Below, piece after piece: positions 29,919 to 39,760 of a DNA stretch of 64,000 bases. Under the pieces are notes generated by a model. The model was not told where the DNA came from and made no database searches. It was given only the letters and a program-made list of their open reading frames with translations. Origin of the DNA: an uncultured Desulfospira sp. (GTDB lineage Bacteria; Desulfobacterota; Desulfobacteria; Desulfobacterales; Desulfobacteraceae); assembly GCA_963663165.1 (NCBI GenBank), contig OY760175.1:1056001-1120000 (forward strand), read 5' to 3'. The position numbers and the translations under genes are program-made. Position 1 is the stretch's first letter. Every line of letters begins with the position of its first letter.

Positions 29919-30251
29919 TTACGGGGTAACAATAAACACGAGGACTTCGGCCGGTTTTCCATTATTGATAACCATATCCCGTTCTTCACCCGGAGCGATA
30001 TAGATCATTCCCCCCTCGTTGAGGACGTGGCTTTCACCATCCTTGCCGTTTACGGTAATGGACCCTTTGGTGACGTAGTAGACACGTTCTTTGGGAGACG
30101 GGCACATCTCAGCGCCGCCGTCAGGCTGAAAGTAGGAATAGCAAACCGTTATTCTTTTCGAATCAGCTTCGGTCAATTTTTGCAGGCCAAACACACCAAA
30201 ATGCTTGGCCGCATCATAAGGGGTTCCCTTTGCGTCTTCAACACTGATCAT
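29919..30251 (-). CDS. Small cupin-fold protein (metal His ligands not evident)
   Basis: ERVYYVTKG.I.V...L.EG..IYIAPGEER cupin pattern; GGAGG RBS. Confidence 0.78.
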   Translation of the reverse strand: MISVEDAKGTPYDAAKHFGVFGLQKLTEADSKRITVCYSYFQPDGGAEMCPSPKERVYYVTKGSITVNGKDGESHVLNEGGMIYIAPGEERDMVINNGKPAEVLVFIVTP

Positions 30252-30365
30252 ATGTTACCCTCCTTTAGAATGTGATGCGGTTCAATGGTCATGAACCCAT
30301 TGAATTTAAGTCGTCATTGCGACCCCATGGGATACTTATTATGCTACCCAAAATTGTCATACTAT

Positions 30366-30377
30366 ATTGCATGCAAT
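30366..30377. promoter_or_regulatory. Putative GntR (FCD) operator ATTGCATGCAAT in the divergent promoter
   Basis: Perfect 12-bp palindrome; the related TTGCATACAA lies at 36368-36377 upstream of the GntR gene. Confidence 0.5.
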
Positions 30378-30707
30378 TTCCCGAAACGCAAGTCTTTTTT
30401 TTACCATAACCACGGTATCTTGAATGGAAATGTCCGATTTTTTGCACAAGCTCCCGGGACGGATGGATTTTTCATTCAAAATTAAATGACATATTACATG
30501 AAAAAAAATCTTGACTCTTTACATTCCATGCCTGTAGGATCAATGCCAACCATACGGTCGCTGTATCTCCCTGTGGAAAAAAGAGCCTGCTATTACTGAC
30601 CCTGCCCCGTTCTGACCGTAGCCTGAAGATAACGCAAGCACCATTATTGTTATAGATTGAGCATCATTATCTTTAACCGTGTCTTTTACAAAAGGAGGGG
30701 TGTAACA

Positions 30708-33317
30708 ATGACGAAAATCAAAACCAAGGACAAAACTGTATTGCGCAGTCTTGGGCTGGGTGGTTTCTTTGGCGGCGGTGCCGAAGGCATGGTGGATGTC
30801 AAAGACGGCAAAATTGTACGGGTCAGGCCCATGCGGTACGGGTGGAAGTACGACAAAGAGGAGGTCCGGCAATGGAAAATGGAACGAAACGGCAAAACCA
30901 TTGAACCGGCCTGGAAATCCCTTCCCGGCCCCTTTTCCCTGGCGTATAAAAAAAGGGTCTATTCCCCCAACCGGATCAAGTACCCCATGAAACGAGTGGA
31001 CTGGGATCCCAACGGGGAACGCAATCCCCAGAATCGGGGCAAATCCAAATATGTCCGCATTTCCTGGGACGAGGCCACGGACATCATTGCTTCTGAGATT
31101 AAACGGATCCATAAAACCTACGGGTACCACGCCATTTTAATGCAGGGAGACGGCCATGGCGAATGCAAGACCATCAACACCCCCCACGGACATTCGGGCA
31201 CCCTGTTAGACCACATGGGCGGATTTACCATCCAGGTCAGAAACCCGGACTCATGGGAAGGCTGGTACTGGGGGGCCAAACATGTCTGGGGCCAGGGGGT
31301 CCAGGGCAACATGTGGCCGGCCGCCAACATTGTCAACGACACGACCAAAAATTCCGAAATGGTGCTGTTCTGGGGGTGTGACCCTGAGACCACGCCCTGG
31401 GGATTTACCGGCCAGTTTCCCTCGCGGCTGTGTTATTTCTGGTCCGAGGTGGGCATCAGCCAGGTCTATATCTGTCCGGATCTTAACTATGGCGCGGCCA
31501 TCCATGCGGACAAATGGATTCCCATCCTGCCCAACACCGATGCGGCCCTTCAGCTGGCCATCGCCTATGTCTGGATCACCGAAGATCTTTATGACAAAGA
31601 ATATGTAGACACCCATGTGGTGGGATTTGAACCCTTTAGCGACTATGTCCTGGGCAAAGAGGACGGTGTGGCCAAAACCCCGGCCTGGGCATCCAAAAAA
31701 TGCGGGATTCCCGAATGGACCATCAAGGCCTTGGCCCGGGAGTTCGGCAACAAGACCACCTCCATTGCCCACTACTTTGGCGGCGGGTTTATAAGGGCGG
31801 CCTTTTCCCATGAAAATGCCCGGCTTGAAGTCGTTTTGCTGGGCATGCAGGGCCTTGGCAAACCCGGGGTTCACCAGCACCAACTCACCTATTTCGGCAT
31901 GCCCAGGAAAGAAGGCCTTGGGGGCACCTTTTTCTGGAACCCGGAAATTGAAGAACGCCTGTCGGTTCCGGTCATGTCCTCGGTCACGGCCTGGCAGCAG
32001 CAGGTTATCCCGAAAACCTTGATTCACAAGGCCATTGAATCCGACGAACCCATCACCTTTTACGGAACCGGCGCCATTGAGGCCCTGGCCCTGGACCAGT
32101 TCAACGAATACACCTACCCCATTCCAAAAGAAGAAGGCGGCACGGAAATCCACATGATGTGGACCGACACCCCCTGCCGCATCACCTGCTGGAACGGCGG
32201 TAACGAAACCCAGCTAGCCCTGCGAAACCCCAAAATCGAGACCATTGTCTCCCAGCACCCCTGGCTGGAAAATGACTGCATTTACTCGGACATCATCCTG
32301 CCCGCCAACACCTATATGGAGGTGGATGACTTTTTAACCAATATCCGCCAGGGCACCCAGCAGCCCAACATGATGATTGCCGATAAAGCCATTGAGCCCA
32401 TCGGGGAATCCAAAAGCGATTTTGAAATCGTTGTGGAAATCGCCAAAAAGCTCGGATATGAAGAAGAGGTTACCGGCGGCCAGTCTATAAAAGACATGCA
32501 AAAGAAAATCTGGGGCTACATGGACGGCGAGAAGCTGGTTCCCTGGGAACAGCTTGAGGAAAAGAAATACTGGATGTACAACACGGCCAAAGACTGGGAA
32601 AAAGACCCGGCCGGATTTGAGATGTTTGCCAAAAATCCGGAAGCCAGCCCCCTGCCCACCCCATCCGGCAAGCTTGAATTCTACTCTGAAAGCCTGGCCA
32701 AAAACTTTCCCCATGATCTGGAAAGGCCCCCGATTCCCAAATGGATTGAAAAAAGTGCCATGCATGACGAGAGGCTGTCCAGCCACCGGGCCAAAATGTT
32801 CCCGCTGCTGCTCATGTCCAACCACGGCAGATGGCGGGTCCATTCCCAGTGCGATGATATTACCTGGACAAGGGAGGCACCGACCTGCAAGGTCACCGGA
32901 CCGGACGGCTATAAATATGAACCCGTATGGATTCACCCGTCTGAAGCTGAAAAAAGAGGCATCAAAAACGGTGATATTGTTAAAGTCTACAATGAACGGG
33001 GAATTGTACTGGCCGGAGCCTATGTCACGGAACGGCTGCGGCCCGGCGTGGTCTATATGGACCACGGGGCCCGGCATGACCCCATCAAAACCGGAGAAAT
33101 CGAACGGGGCGGCGCCATAAACACGATTTCCCCTGCCGGGATTACCTCGGCCAACTGTGTGGGCCAGGCCACATCCGGCTACCTGGTGCAGGCGGAGCGG
33201 CTTTCCGGCGAAGAGATGGACCAGTGGCGCAGGGAATTTCCCGAGGCTTTTGCCCGGGAATATGATGCGGCCGCAGGGTTGAGATTTGATGCATGGATAG
33301 AGGGAGGGAGCAAATAA
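30708..33317 (+). CDS. Molybdopterin (bis-MGD) oxidoreductase alpha subunit, pyrogallol-transhydroxylase (AthL)-like, divergent
   Basis: VKDGKI, YPMKRVDWDPNGERNPQNRG, RISWDEA, NPDSWEGW (Ser Mo ligand), DIILPA and TPSGKLEF. No N-terminal Fe-S motif or Tat signal. Start at 30708 after AGGAGG. Confidence 0.85.
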   Translation: MTKIKTKDKTVLRSLGLGGFFGGGAEGMVDVKDGKIVRVRPMRYGWKYDKEEVRQWKMERNGKTIEPAWKSLPGPFSLAYKKRVYSPNRIKYPMKRVDWDPNGERNPQNRGKSKYVRISWDEATDIIASEIKRIHKTYGYHAILMQGDGHGECKTINTPHGHSGTLLDHMGGFTIQVRNPDSWEGWYWGAKHVWGQGVQGNMWPAANIVNDTTKNSEMVLFWGCDPETTPWGFTGQFPSRLCYFWSEVGISQVYICPDLNYGAAIHADKWIPILPNTDAALQLAIAYVWITEDLYDKEYVDTHVVGFEPFSDYVLGKEDGVAKTPAWASKKCGIPEWTIKALAREFGNKTTSIAHYFGGGFIRAAFSHENARLEVVLLGMQGLGKPGVHQHQLTYFGMPRKEGLGGTFFWNPEIEERLSVPVMSSVTAWQQQVIPKTLIHKAIESDEPITFYGTGAIEALALDQFNEYTYPIPKEEGGTEIHMMWTDTPCRITCWNGGNETQLALRNPKIETIVSQHPWLENDCIYSDIILPANTYMEVDDFLTNIRQGTQQPNMMIADKAIEPIGESKSDFEIVVEIAKKLGYEEEVTGGQSIKDMQKKIWGYMDGEKLVPWEQLEEKKYWMYNTAKDWEKDPAGFEMFAKNPEASPLPTPSGKLEFYSESLAKNFPHDLERPPIPKWIEKSAMHDERLSSHRAKMFPLLLMSNHGRWRVHSQCDDITWTREAPTCKVTGPDGYKYEPVWIHPSEAEKRGIKNGDIVKVYNERGIVLAGAYVTERLRPGVVYMDHGARHDPIKTGEIERGGAINTISPAGITSANCVGQATSGYLVQAERLSGEEMDQWRREFPEAFAREYDAAAGLRFDAWIEGGSK

Positions 33318-34135
33318 TGAAAGCATTTTTTCTGGATTTATCCGTATGCAACGGCTGCTACTGCTGCCAGATTGCCTGCAAGGACGAACATGTGGCCAAT
33401 GACTGGACCCCCTACGCCAAACCCCAGCCCGACACCGGACAGTTCTGGATCGGCATCACCGAACTGGTCCGGGGCCAGGTGCCCAAGGTCAAGGTCACCT
33501 ATATTCCTAAAATGTGCCACCACTGCGATGATGCCCCCTGTATGGAACAATGCGCCTATGACGCCATTGAAAAGCGGCCAGACGGCCTGGTGCTTATCCT
33601 GCCGGACAAATGTACGGGGTGCAAGCTGTGCCGGGACGCTTGTCCCCATGATGCCATTTACTTTAATGAAGACCTGAACATTGCCCAGAAATGCACGGGC
33701 TGCGCCCATTTGCTGGACAATGACGATGATTGGGAAGTGCCCCGCTGTGTGGACCAGTGTCCTACTGATGCCTTAAGGTTCGGCGAGGAATCTGATTTTG
33801 CCGACTTTATCAAAGATGCCGAACCCATCAACCCCGCAGCCGGGACCAAATCACGGGTATATTACAAGAACCTGCCCAAAAAATTTGTGGCCGGCACCGT
33901 GTATGACCCGGTTGAGAAAGAGGTGATCATCGGGGCGGCCTGCACCCTTAAAGACAACGACTCCAAAGAACAGTTCACAGCGGTGACGGATAACTTCGGC
34001 GACTTCTGGTTCAGAAAGCTTGCCGATGACCGGACTTTTACCCTGAACATTGAAAAGGACGGGGCAAAGAAAGTGATTGAGAATATTGTCACGGATAAGG
34101 ACCTTTGCCTTGGGGACATTCCTATGGAAGGATGA
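33317..34135 (+). CDS. Fe-S beta subunit of the transhydroxylase-like enzyme
   Basis: CNGCYCCQIACKDE, CHHCDDAPC, CTGCKLC..ACP, KCTGCAH and CVDQCPT; C-terminal beta-sandwich (TDNFGDF). TAATG overlap with alpha. Confidence 0.88.
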   Translation: MKAFFLDLSVCNGCYCCQIACKDEHVANDWTPYAKPQPDTGQFWIGITELVRGQVPKVKVTYIPKMCHHCDDAPCMEQCAYDAIEKRPDGLVLILPDKCTGCKLCRDACPHDAIYFNEDLNIAQKCTGCAHLLDNDDDWEVPRCVDQCPTDALRFGEESDFADFIKDAEPINPAAGTKSRVYYKNLPKKFVAGTVYDPVEKEVIIGAACTLKDNDSKEQFTAVTDNFGDFWFRKLADDRTFTLNIEKDGAKKVIENIVTDKDLCLGDIPMEG

Positions 34136-34190
34136 GGGATGAAGGATGAAAATGCGGTTCGCCGGTTTCATCCTTTTCGCAAATCAATAT

Positions 34191-34235
34191 AGGGCCGGCT
34201 TGTGAGGTTACCCTCAAGCCGGCCTTTATTTTATT
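34191..34235 (+). terminator. Rho-independent terminator
   Basis: ggccggcttg(t)gagg-ttac-cctcaagccggcc followed by tttattttattt. Confidence 0.75.
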
Positions 34236-34624
34236 TAAAAGGTAGTAAAACAGGCCCTGTATAATCGTTATTCTTGATGATTGAAGGGCTGCCCGGATAT
34301 ACAGAAGGTTGAGTAAAAAGTGTTGCTTTTCCAGGGTTTAATCAAAGGCCGGAGTTTAATATATTAAATTTACTGGTGGCGTTTCCAGGCAGGCACAATA
34401 TATGGTGATCGGATAATTTCAGAAAAATCGTTCAATCATACCAGTAAAAACCTTTTGAAAATCTATATTATGATAGGGCACTTGAAATAGGTTCATTATT
34501 AATAAACAGCTAATTAAAATAAAAAAAAATTTGCATCTAACACTAACATTTTCCTGATATTGATGAATTTAGTATGAAATCATGTTTAGCAATTTGGGGA
34601 ATAAAAGTATTCTTAGGAAAAAGA

Positions 34625-35338
34625 ATGTTGAAAACTATTATTTTATTCACGACTATTTTTCTTTGTGCGACAAGCTCGAAAGCAGCTATTGTTAATTTTA
34701 ATTTTACAGGACACGTTGTCGACGGATCTATTAACTCACCTCATCGAGAAGGAGGGAGTGGATATTTTGGAGAAAGCTATTTAGGATCAATTTCTTATGA
34801 TACAGAGGGTGCTGAATTACTGAGTGGGTTAAATGGTCGATATTACTATACCCTACCTATAGCTGCATTCAACATTGCATTCTCAGAGACAAAGCTTAGG
34901 TATTTTGGCACCACTGATGGAGAGAACTCATCTCTTCATGTCATCGTATGGAATGATTACGAATCAGATTTTCCTCTTGTGCACATACCAAAACAAGACA
35001 GGTATGAGTTTTCATTTGTTTTCAACCAAACAAGTATCTTTCGATTTTTAGCATTAGATTTTGCGCTTATGGATGGAGAATATGATACTTCACTTATTGA
35101 ATCCGCTGAAATTCCTAATGACATTAGCTCCTTGATTGGATTCGAGTCCTATCATATGCATTATACTCATTACGATGGAATCACATATAGTTACGGGACT
35201 TCAGGTGTTGGAAATACCCCTTTTCCCGCCGTTCCACTGCCAGCATCTTTTTTATTGATGGGTGTTCCTCTTTTCTTTGGATTTTGTCTAAAGAAAGGTC
35301 GAAAAGAAGGGGCTCAGAGAAAAAAACGATTCATTTAG
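34625..35338 (+). CDS. AT-rich secreted protein with a VPLPA-CTERM (PEP-CTERM-like) sorting signal
   Basis: Signal peptide MLKTIILF...SSKA, then C-terminal AVPLPAS, a hydrophobic stretch and a basic tail. Visibly lower GC than the flanks. Confidence 0.75.
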   Translation: MLKTIILFTTIFLCATSSKAAIVNFNFTGHVVDGSINSPHREGGSGYFGESYLGSISYDTEGAELLSGLNGRYYYTLPIAAFNIAFSETKLRYFGTTDGENSSLHVIVWNDYESDFPLVHIPKQDRYEFSFVFNQTSIFRFLALDFALMDGEYDTSLIESAEIPNDISSLIGFESYHMHYTHYDGITYSYGTSGVGNTPFPAVPLPASFLLMGVPLFFGFCLKKGRKEGAQRKKRFI

Positions 35339-35644
35339 CTGAGTTTGGCTTCGAAAGATATGAGGATGAAAAAGAAGACTATTTCATATATGATTCATGG
35401 TATTGACTATGTCTATTAGTCCTGGTTTTTTTGGAAAACCATTCAACCCCAATATCTTGTGCTGCTTTGAAAGGTCAAGAATCAAGTCTATAGAACATAA
35501 AATTGATCAGACAATCATGGTGTGATGGGGTTCTTTCAGGGAGTGAAAGCCCTTTGCAAAAACCGCCGGCAGGAACGAACGTCTAAAACAGACGATCCCC
35601 CTGCCGGCGGAAAATATATTTGATACAGCAGGAAAAGCCGCAGG

Positions 35645-36310
35645 TCAGGCCCGCTGGGGCTTTTTTTGATCGAAAATGAGGGGGAACAGATTTTCTTTGG
35701 ACAAATCGCTGTGTTCTTTGACCAGCTTTTTGGCATTATGAACGTCTCTTTTGGCAATGGCTGAGAAAAGGGCGTCATGCTCATCAACGATTTCCAGCAA
35801 GCGCTTGGATTCCAGGTGTTCGGTCCTGAACCGTAAAAAGATCCGCTGATAAATTTCTGTATAAAAATCTTTGTAATACAGGTTGGCGGCCATTTCGCCA
35901 ATGGCGGCATGGAAATTCATATCCAGCGCAAACACATGCCGGTGCTGCCGTTCTTTTACCGATGAGGCGTACATATTTTTCCGGTCTTCAATATGTTTGA
36001 TGCCTTCAGGGGTGGCCTTCTCAATTGCCTTCTCGATGATCCCGAGATCAAGGATCAGCCGGATCTCATAAAGGGAATCGGCCTCTTCCCGTGTCAGTTT
36101 ATGCACGGAATATCCCTGGTTGGGGATAAAGTCAAGATACCCTTCCTTGGCCAGAATGGACAAGGCGTTGTTTACCGGTGTCCTGCTGACGCCGAGTTCT
36201 TTGGCCAGGTCAACAAAGACAAGCCGCTGGCCCGGCACGATATCATAGTTGAGCATCATCTGCTTGATATCGTCGTAGACCCGCAGGGTTAAATTTTTTT
36301 GTTCAGGCAT
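35645..36310 (-). CDS. GntR-family transcriptional regulator (FCD domain)
   Basis: PGQRL...LAKELGVSRTPV, D..FH and EH..L..AI. Confidence 0.92.
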   Translation of the reverse strand: MPEQKNLTLRVYDDIKQMMLNYDIVPGQRLVFVDLAKELGVSRTPVNNALSILAKEGYLDFIPNQGYSVHKLTREEADSLYEIRLILDLGIIEKAIEKATPEGIKHIEDRKNMYASSVKERQHRHVFALDMNFHAAIGEMAANLYYKDFYTEIYQRIFLRFRTEHLESKRLLEIVDEHDALFSAIAKRDVHNAKKLVKEHSDLSKENLFPLIFDQKKPQRA

Positions 36311-36689
36311 TCAAATTCTCCCATTGTAGGGCATTACAAAAAACGGATGATATGCGGCGACCTCATCTTGCATACAACAAGTATGTTATATTTTACATAC
36401 ATGCCCGATGACGAATCCCTCTTTTTTCCCCGGCATCTGCCGAACTGCAAACCCCGGAAAATTTTCAGCAGGATTTAAGCGTTTAATCCGTCAAAAACGA
36501 AACGATTCCGGCTTGTTTAACACAATACTTAGAACTTTGCCAGAGTTTTTACAGACTGACAACAGGCTTGATATGCAAAAACAGTACCTGTTGTTAAGAC
36601 TGAAGGCTGAAGACCGAAGGTTTAACGTATATTAACCATCTTTTACAATTCACGTTCAGTCTAAACACCTTCAGCCTATTTACCTTAAT

Positions 36690-37469
36690 TTAGCCTTTTT
36701 CAAACCTGAAGGTCTGATCCGGATCAACCACAGCCAGCACCCTTACAATGCAGCCGTCGCCTTCGACCCAGCGCCACGGGAAGGCCATGAAAAAACAGCG
36801 TTTGCCCGTGACTTTATCCAGGTCGCCGCCCACGTTTTCAATTCCCGGGATCCCGCCTTTGCACATCAGGTTTTTATGGCCCGGTTCCCAGTCCGGGAAA
36901 TCTTCCATGGGATCACGGCCGGTAAACTTTTTGTATTCTTCAATCAGATGGGGCTGGGAAGGTCCCAAACCATGGTCCACCAGTTTGGTGGCAATGGGGT
37001 GGTCATTGGCCTGGCAGCCGTACCCGACACATTTGATCTTCTTGTCCACCAGCCACTGGGCACCGGCACCGGAGATCCCGCAGCCATAGGCGAAATAGTC
37101 ATCACAATCAGCCCATTGATGATGGAAACCGGTATTGATCATGACCATATCCCCTTCCTGGATGGCCGGGGTGGCGGCTTCCAGATCTTCCGGGGTGATC
37201 ACCCCCCATTTGCCCTTGGGGATGGAAACGGCCACACCGGTGCCGCAAAGGCGCCACAGGGGATAATCGCTGATGCCGGGTGTATTTTCAGTCACATGAA
37301 TAGGGGCATCCATATGGGTACACCGGTGCATGATGCCTTCCCAGTTGACCTGGTAAACCCCGTCTTTTGCATGGAATTTGTTGACCGTTACATTCACGCC
37401 GGGTGAAGACGGCCATTCAGGCATATGCTGATGAAACGAATGACTTAAGTTGTATATTTCAAGACTCAT
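36690..37469 (-). CDS. Cyclase-family (kynurenine formamidase-like) metal hydrolase
   Basis: HRCTHMDAPIH, INTG, H..L and IEN. Confidence 0.85.
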   Translation of the reverse strand: MSLEIYNLSHSFHQHMPEWPSSPGVNVTVNKFHAKDGVYQVNWEGIMHRCTHMDAPIHVTENTPGISDYPLWRLCGTGVAVSIPKGKWGVITPEDLEAATPAIQEGDMVMINTGFHHQWADCDDYFAYGCGISGAGAQWLVDKKIKCVGYGCQANDHPIATKLVDHGLGPSQPHLIEEYKKFTGRDPMEDFPDWEPGHKNLMCKGGIPGIENVGGDLDKVTGKRCFFMAFPWRWVEGDGCIVRVLAVVDPDQTFRFEKG

Positions 37470-37490
37470 TTTTATTCTCCATTCAATAGA

Positions 37491-38294
37491 TTATTTACCG
37501 GCGTCAATGCGGCAGTTCCCGGAAGGGTCAATCATGGCAACAAACCGTACGGGACAGGCATCCCCGTATTTAAATTTCCAGGGCGTGGCCACGAAGGTCG
37601 CCCGTTTGCCGGCAAGCACATCCACATCGCCCCCCACCTGTTCCACTGTGGGGATTCCGGCACTCAACAGGGTTTTATGGGCCACATTCCAGTCGGGATG
37701 TTCCTTTTTGGGATCTTTGCCCGTGGCTTTGGTGTAGGCCTGAACCAGGCGGTTCATCTGGGGGCCGCCCCGGTGGGGTCCTAAAGACGTGGCCAGGGGA
37801 TGATCCACCTGGGGGGTGTCCACGGCCACCAGTTTACAATTCTTATCCACCAGCCATTTGGCCGCATCAGCGGTAAGGCCCGGGGATTCGCCAAAATATT
37901 CAAGGGCATCGGAATATTTGTGATGCCATCCGGTCAGGATCACCACAATGTCCCCGTCTTTTACGCCCGGGGATGCGGCTTCAAGATCTTCGGCCGTGAT
38001 GGTTTCCCAGCTTGTCTTGGGGATATTTAATACCACCCCGTTTCCGAAAAAACGGTCTTCGGGGATTTCAGACAGGTCTGCCGCGCGCTGAACCAGGTGA
38101 ATGGGGGCATTCATATGGGTTCCGGTATGCATCAATGTGCTGATTTTCCAGGCCAGGACACCATGCTGGGCATGTTTAACGCCCCTAACCATTTTCACAT
38201 CTTCCTGTCCCGGATAGGACGGAACGCCATGGCCCCACTCATGGCTCAATTCAACCAGTTGTAATCCTGAATAAGGATCGGATACCATTGTCAT
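37491..38294 (-). CDS. Cyclase-family (kynurenine formamidase-like) metal hydrolase, second paralogue
   Basis: HTGTHMNAPIH (Asp to Asn), VDTPQVDH, AHKTLL and VEQVGG. Confidence 0.85.
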   Translation of the reverse strand: MTMVSDPYSGLQLVELSHEWGHGVPSYPGQEDVKMVRGVKHAQHGVLAWKISTLMHTGTHMNAPIHLVQRAADLSEIPEDRFFGNGVVLNIPKTSWETITAEDLEAASPGVKDGDIVVILTGWHHKYSDALEYFGESPGLTADAAKWLVDKNCKLVAVDTPQVDHPLATSLGPHRGGPQMNRLVQAYTKATGKDPKKEHPDWNVAHKTLLSAGIPTVEQVGGDVDVLAGKRATFVATPWKFKYGDACPVRFVAMIDPSGNCRIDAGK

Positions 38295-38462
38295 AACAAC
38301 CTCTACTTTTGTTAGGTAAATAGGTTTAAGGCTCTTCCCTTAAAGAGAAGCACCCCCTTTGGGATTATAGCCTTTTAAATAACATAATGATCTAAATTAC
38401 ATTGTCATGTTTGCAGCGCAAACTTTTGTTTCAAGCCCGGGTTCTGCCCTGATGCCGCCCCC

Positions 38463-39686
38463 TTACAAGGACAGCACCTGGATCAGTGCGGTTTCCCCTT
38501 TGGCAAGTTTTTCCCGGCCTTCGGGGATGACGGCCACGGCCGTAGCATCAGCCATGGACTGAAGGCGCGCCCGTGATTTTAAGGGTTCAAATTCAAGGCC
38601 CTTTTCGCCTGCAGTGGTTTTTCCAAAGAAAAACCGGGTCCAGTTCCGGGGGCCCCAGTTGAGTTCAACGGCCATTACGGCCGGCACTTTGGGAAGCCCT
38701 GGGTTAAGGCACCCCGAAAGTCTTTCAAGGCCCGGCAGGGCGATCTGCAAAAACCCCATGAGATTGGATGGCGGCCCGCCGGGCAGGATAAATACAGGCG
38801 TATCCTTTCTCATGCCGAATCCCACAGCCTTCCCCGGTCCAATGCGAATCCGGTGAAAGGCCTTTTGCCACCCAAGGTCTGACAAAATTCTGGCCACAAG
38901 ATCCCGGTCCCCGGTCCAGGCACCGCCGGAGGTGACCACGGCATCACAGGATTCAAAGGCCGTTTCAAGGGCCTTTTTAATGACGGCTGGATCATCTTTT
39001 GCCGTAACCAAGATGGTTTCCATGCCCAAATGCCGGCAAAAAGCACTTAAGGTGACCATGTTACTGGCGTATAATTTACCTTCAGCCAGGGGCTTTCCCG
39101 GGGCCACCACCTCATCGCCGGTGGCCAGGACAGCCACCTTTGGCCGTTGATAAACCGGCACCTCACTGAATCCTGAAGCCGCCATAATCCCGGCAAGACC
39201 GGGGGATACCCGAAGGCCCTTTTGGGCCACGCAGTCTCCCTTCTGGACATCAGAACCCATGAGCATGATGTTCCGGCCGGGTTCAGCCACCGCTTTGGCA
39301 CTGATGCAGCCGTCACACAGATCGGCAAATTCCTCTGACAGCACGGCATCGGCCCCGTCAGGAATTCTGGCCCCGGTCAGAATCCGCATGGCAGCGCCCG
39401 GTGAAAGGCGGCAGGGTTTGTCCCCCCCGGCAGCGGAACAGGTGTCCATGAGAGGCAAGGTTACCGGCTGATCCGGCCCGGCACCGTCCAGATTCGCAGA
39501 CACCACGGCATAACCATCTTTAAGGGACGCATCAATGGAAGGGGAATTTACTCTTGACACCATGGGGGCGGCCACCACACGACCGGTACTCTGCGCTAGG
39601 GGCACCACTTCTTTTCCCAAAGGCCGGACGGTCTCAAGGGTAATCTTCAACGCCTCTTCAAACCCCATGGGCAGCCATGGAATCAT
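38463..39686 (-). CDS. moeA: Molybdopterin molybdenumtransferase
   Basis: SLKDGYAV, RILTGA.IP.GADAV, ATGDE, TSGG, PGK and LPGGP. Confidence 0.92.
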   Translation of the reverse strand: MIPWLPMGFEEALKITLETVRPLGKEVVPLAQSTGRVVAAPMVSRVNSPSIDASLKDGYAVVSANLDGAGPDQPVTLPLMDTCSAAGGDKPCRLSPGAAMRILTGARIPDGADAVLSEEFADLCDGCISAKAVAEPGRNIMLMGSDVQKGDCVAQKGLRVSPGLAGIMAASGFSEVPVYQRPKVAVLATGDEVVAPGKPLAEGKLYASNMVTLSAFCRHLGMETILVTAKDDPAVIKKALETAFESCDAVVTSGGAWTGDRDLVARILSDLGWQKAFHRIRIGPGKAVGFGMRKDTPVFILPGGPPSNLMGFLQIALPGLERLSGCLNPGLPKVPAVMAVELNWGPRNWTRFFFGKTTAGEKGLEFEPLKSRARLQSMADATAVAVIPEGREKLAKGETALIQVLSL

Positions 39687-39760
39687 AAAATTTATCCTTC
39701 AGCCGGCATGTCTAAGGCAATCCCGGCTGTTTGGTATTGGTTCTTAACAGGGTATAAGGG

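Noticed and set aside
30480..30707. Moco/Wco riboswitch in the long leader of the Mo enzyme
   Set aside because: I could not identify the conserved stems by eye; an Rfam/Infernal scan would settle it.
31251..33326. Long minus-strand ORFs (300 and 330 aa)
   Set aside because: They are antisense shadows of the Mo-enzyme gene and have no motifs. The same applies to 6656..7594 and similar ORFs.
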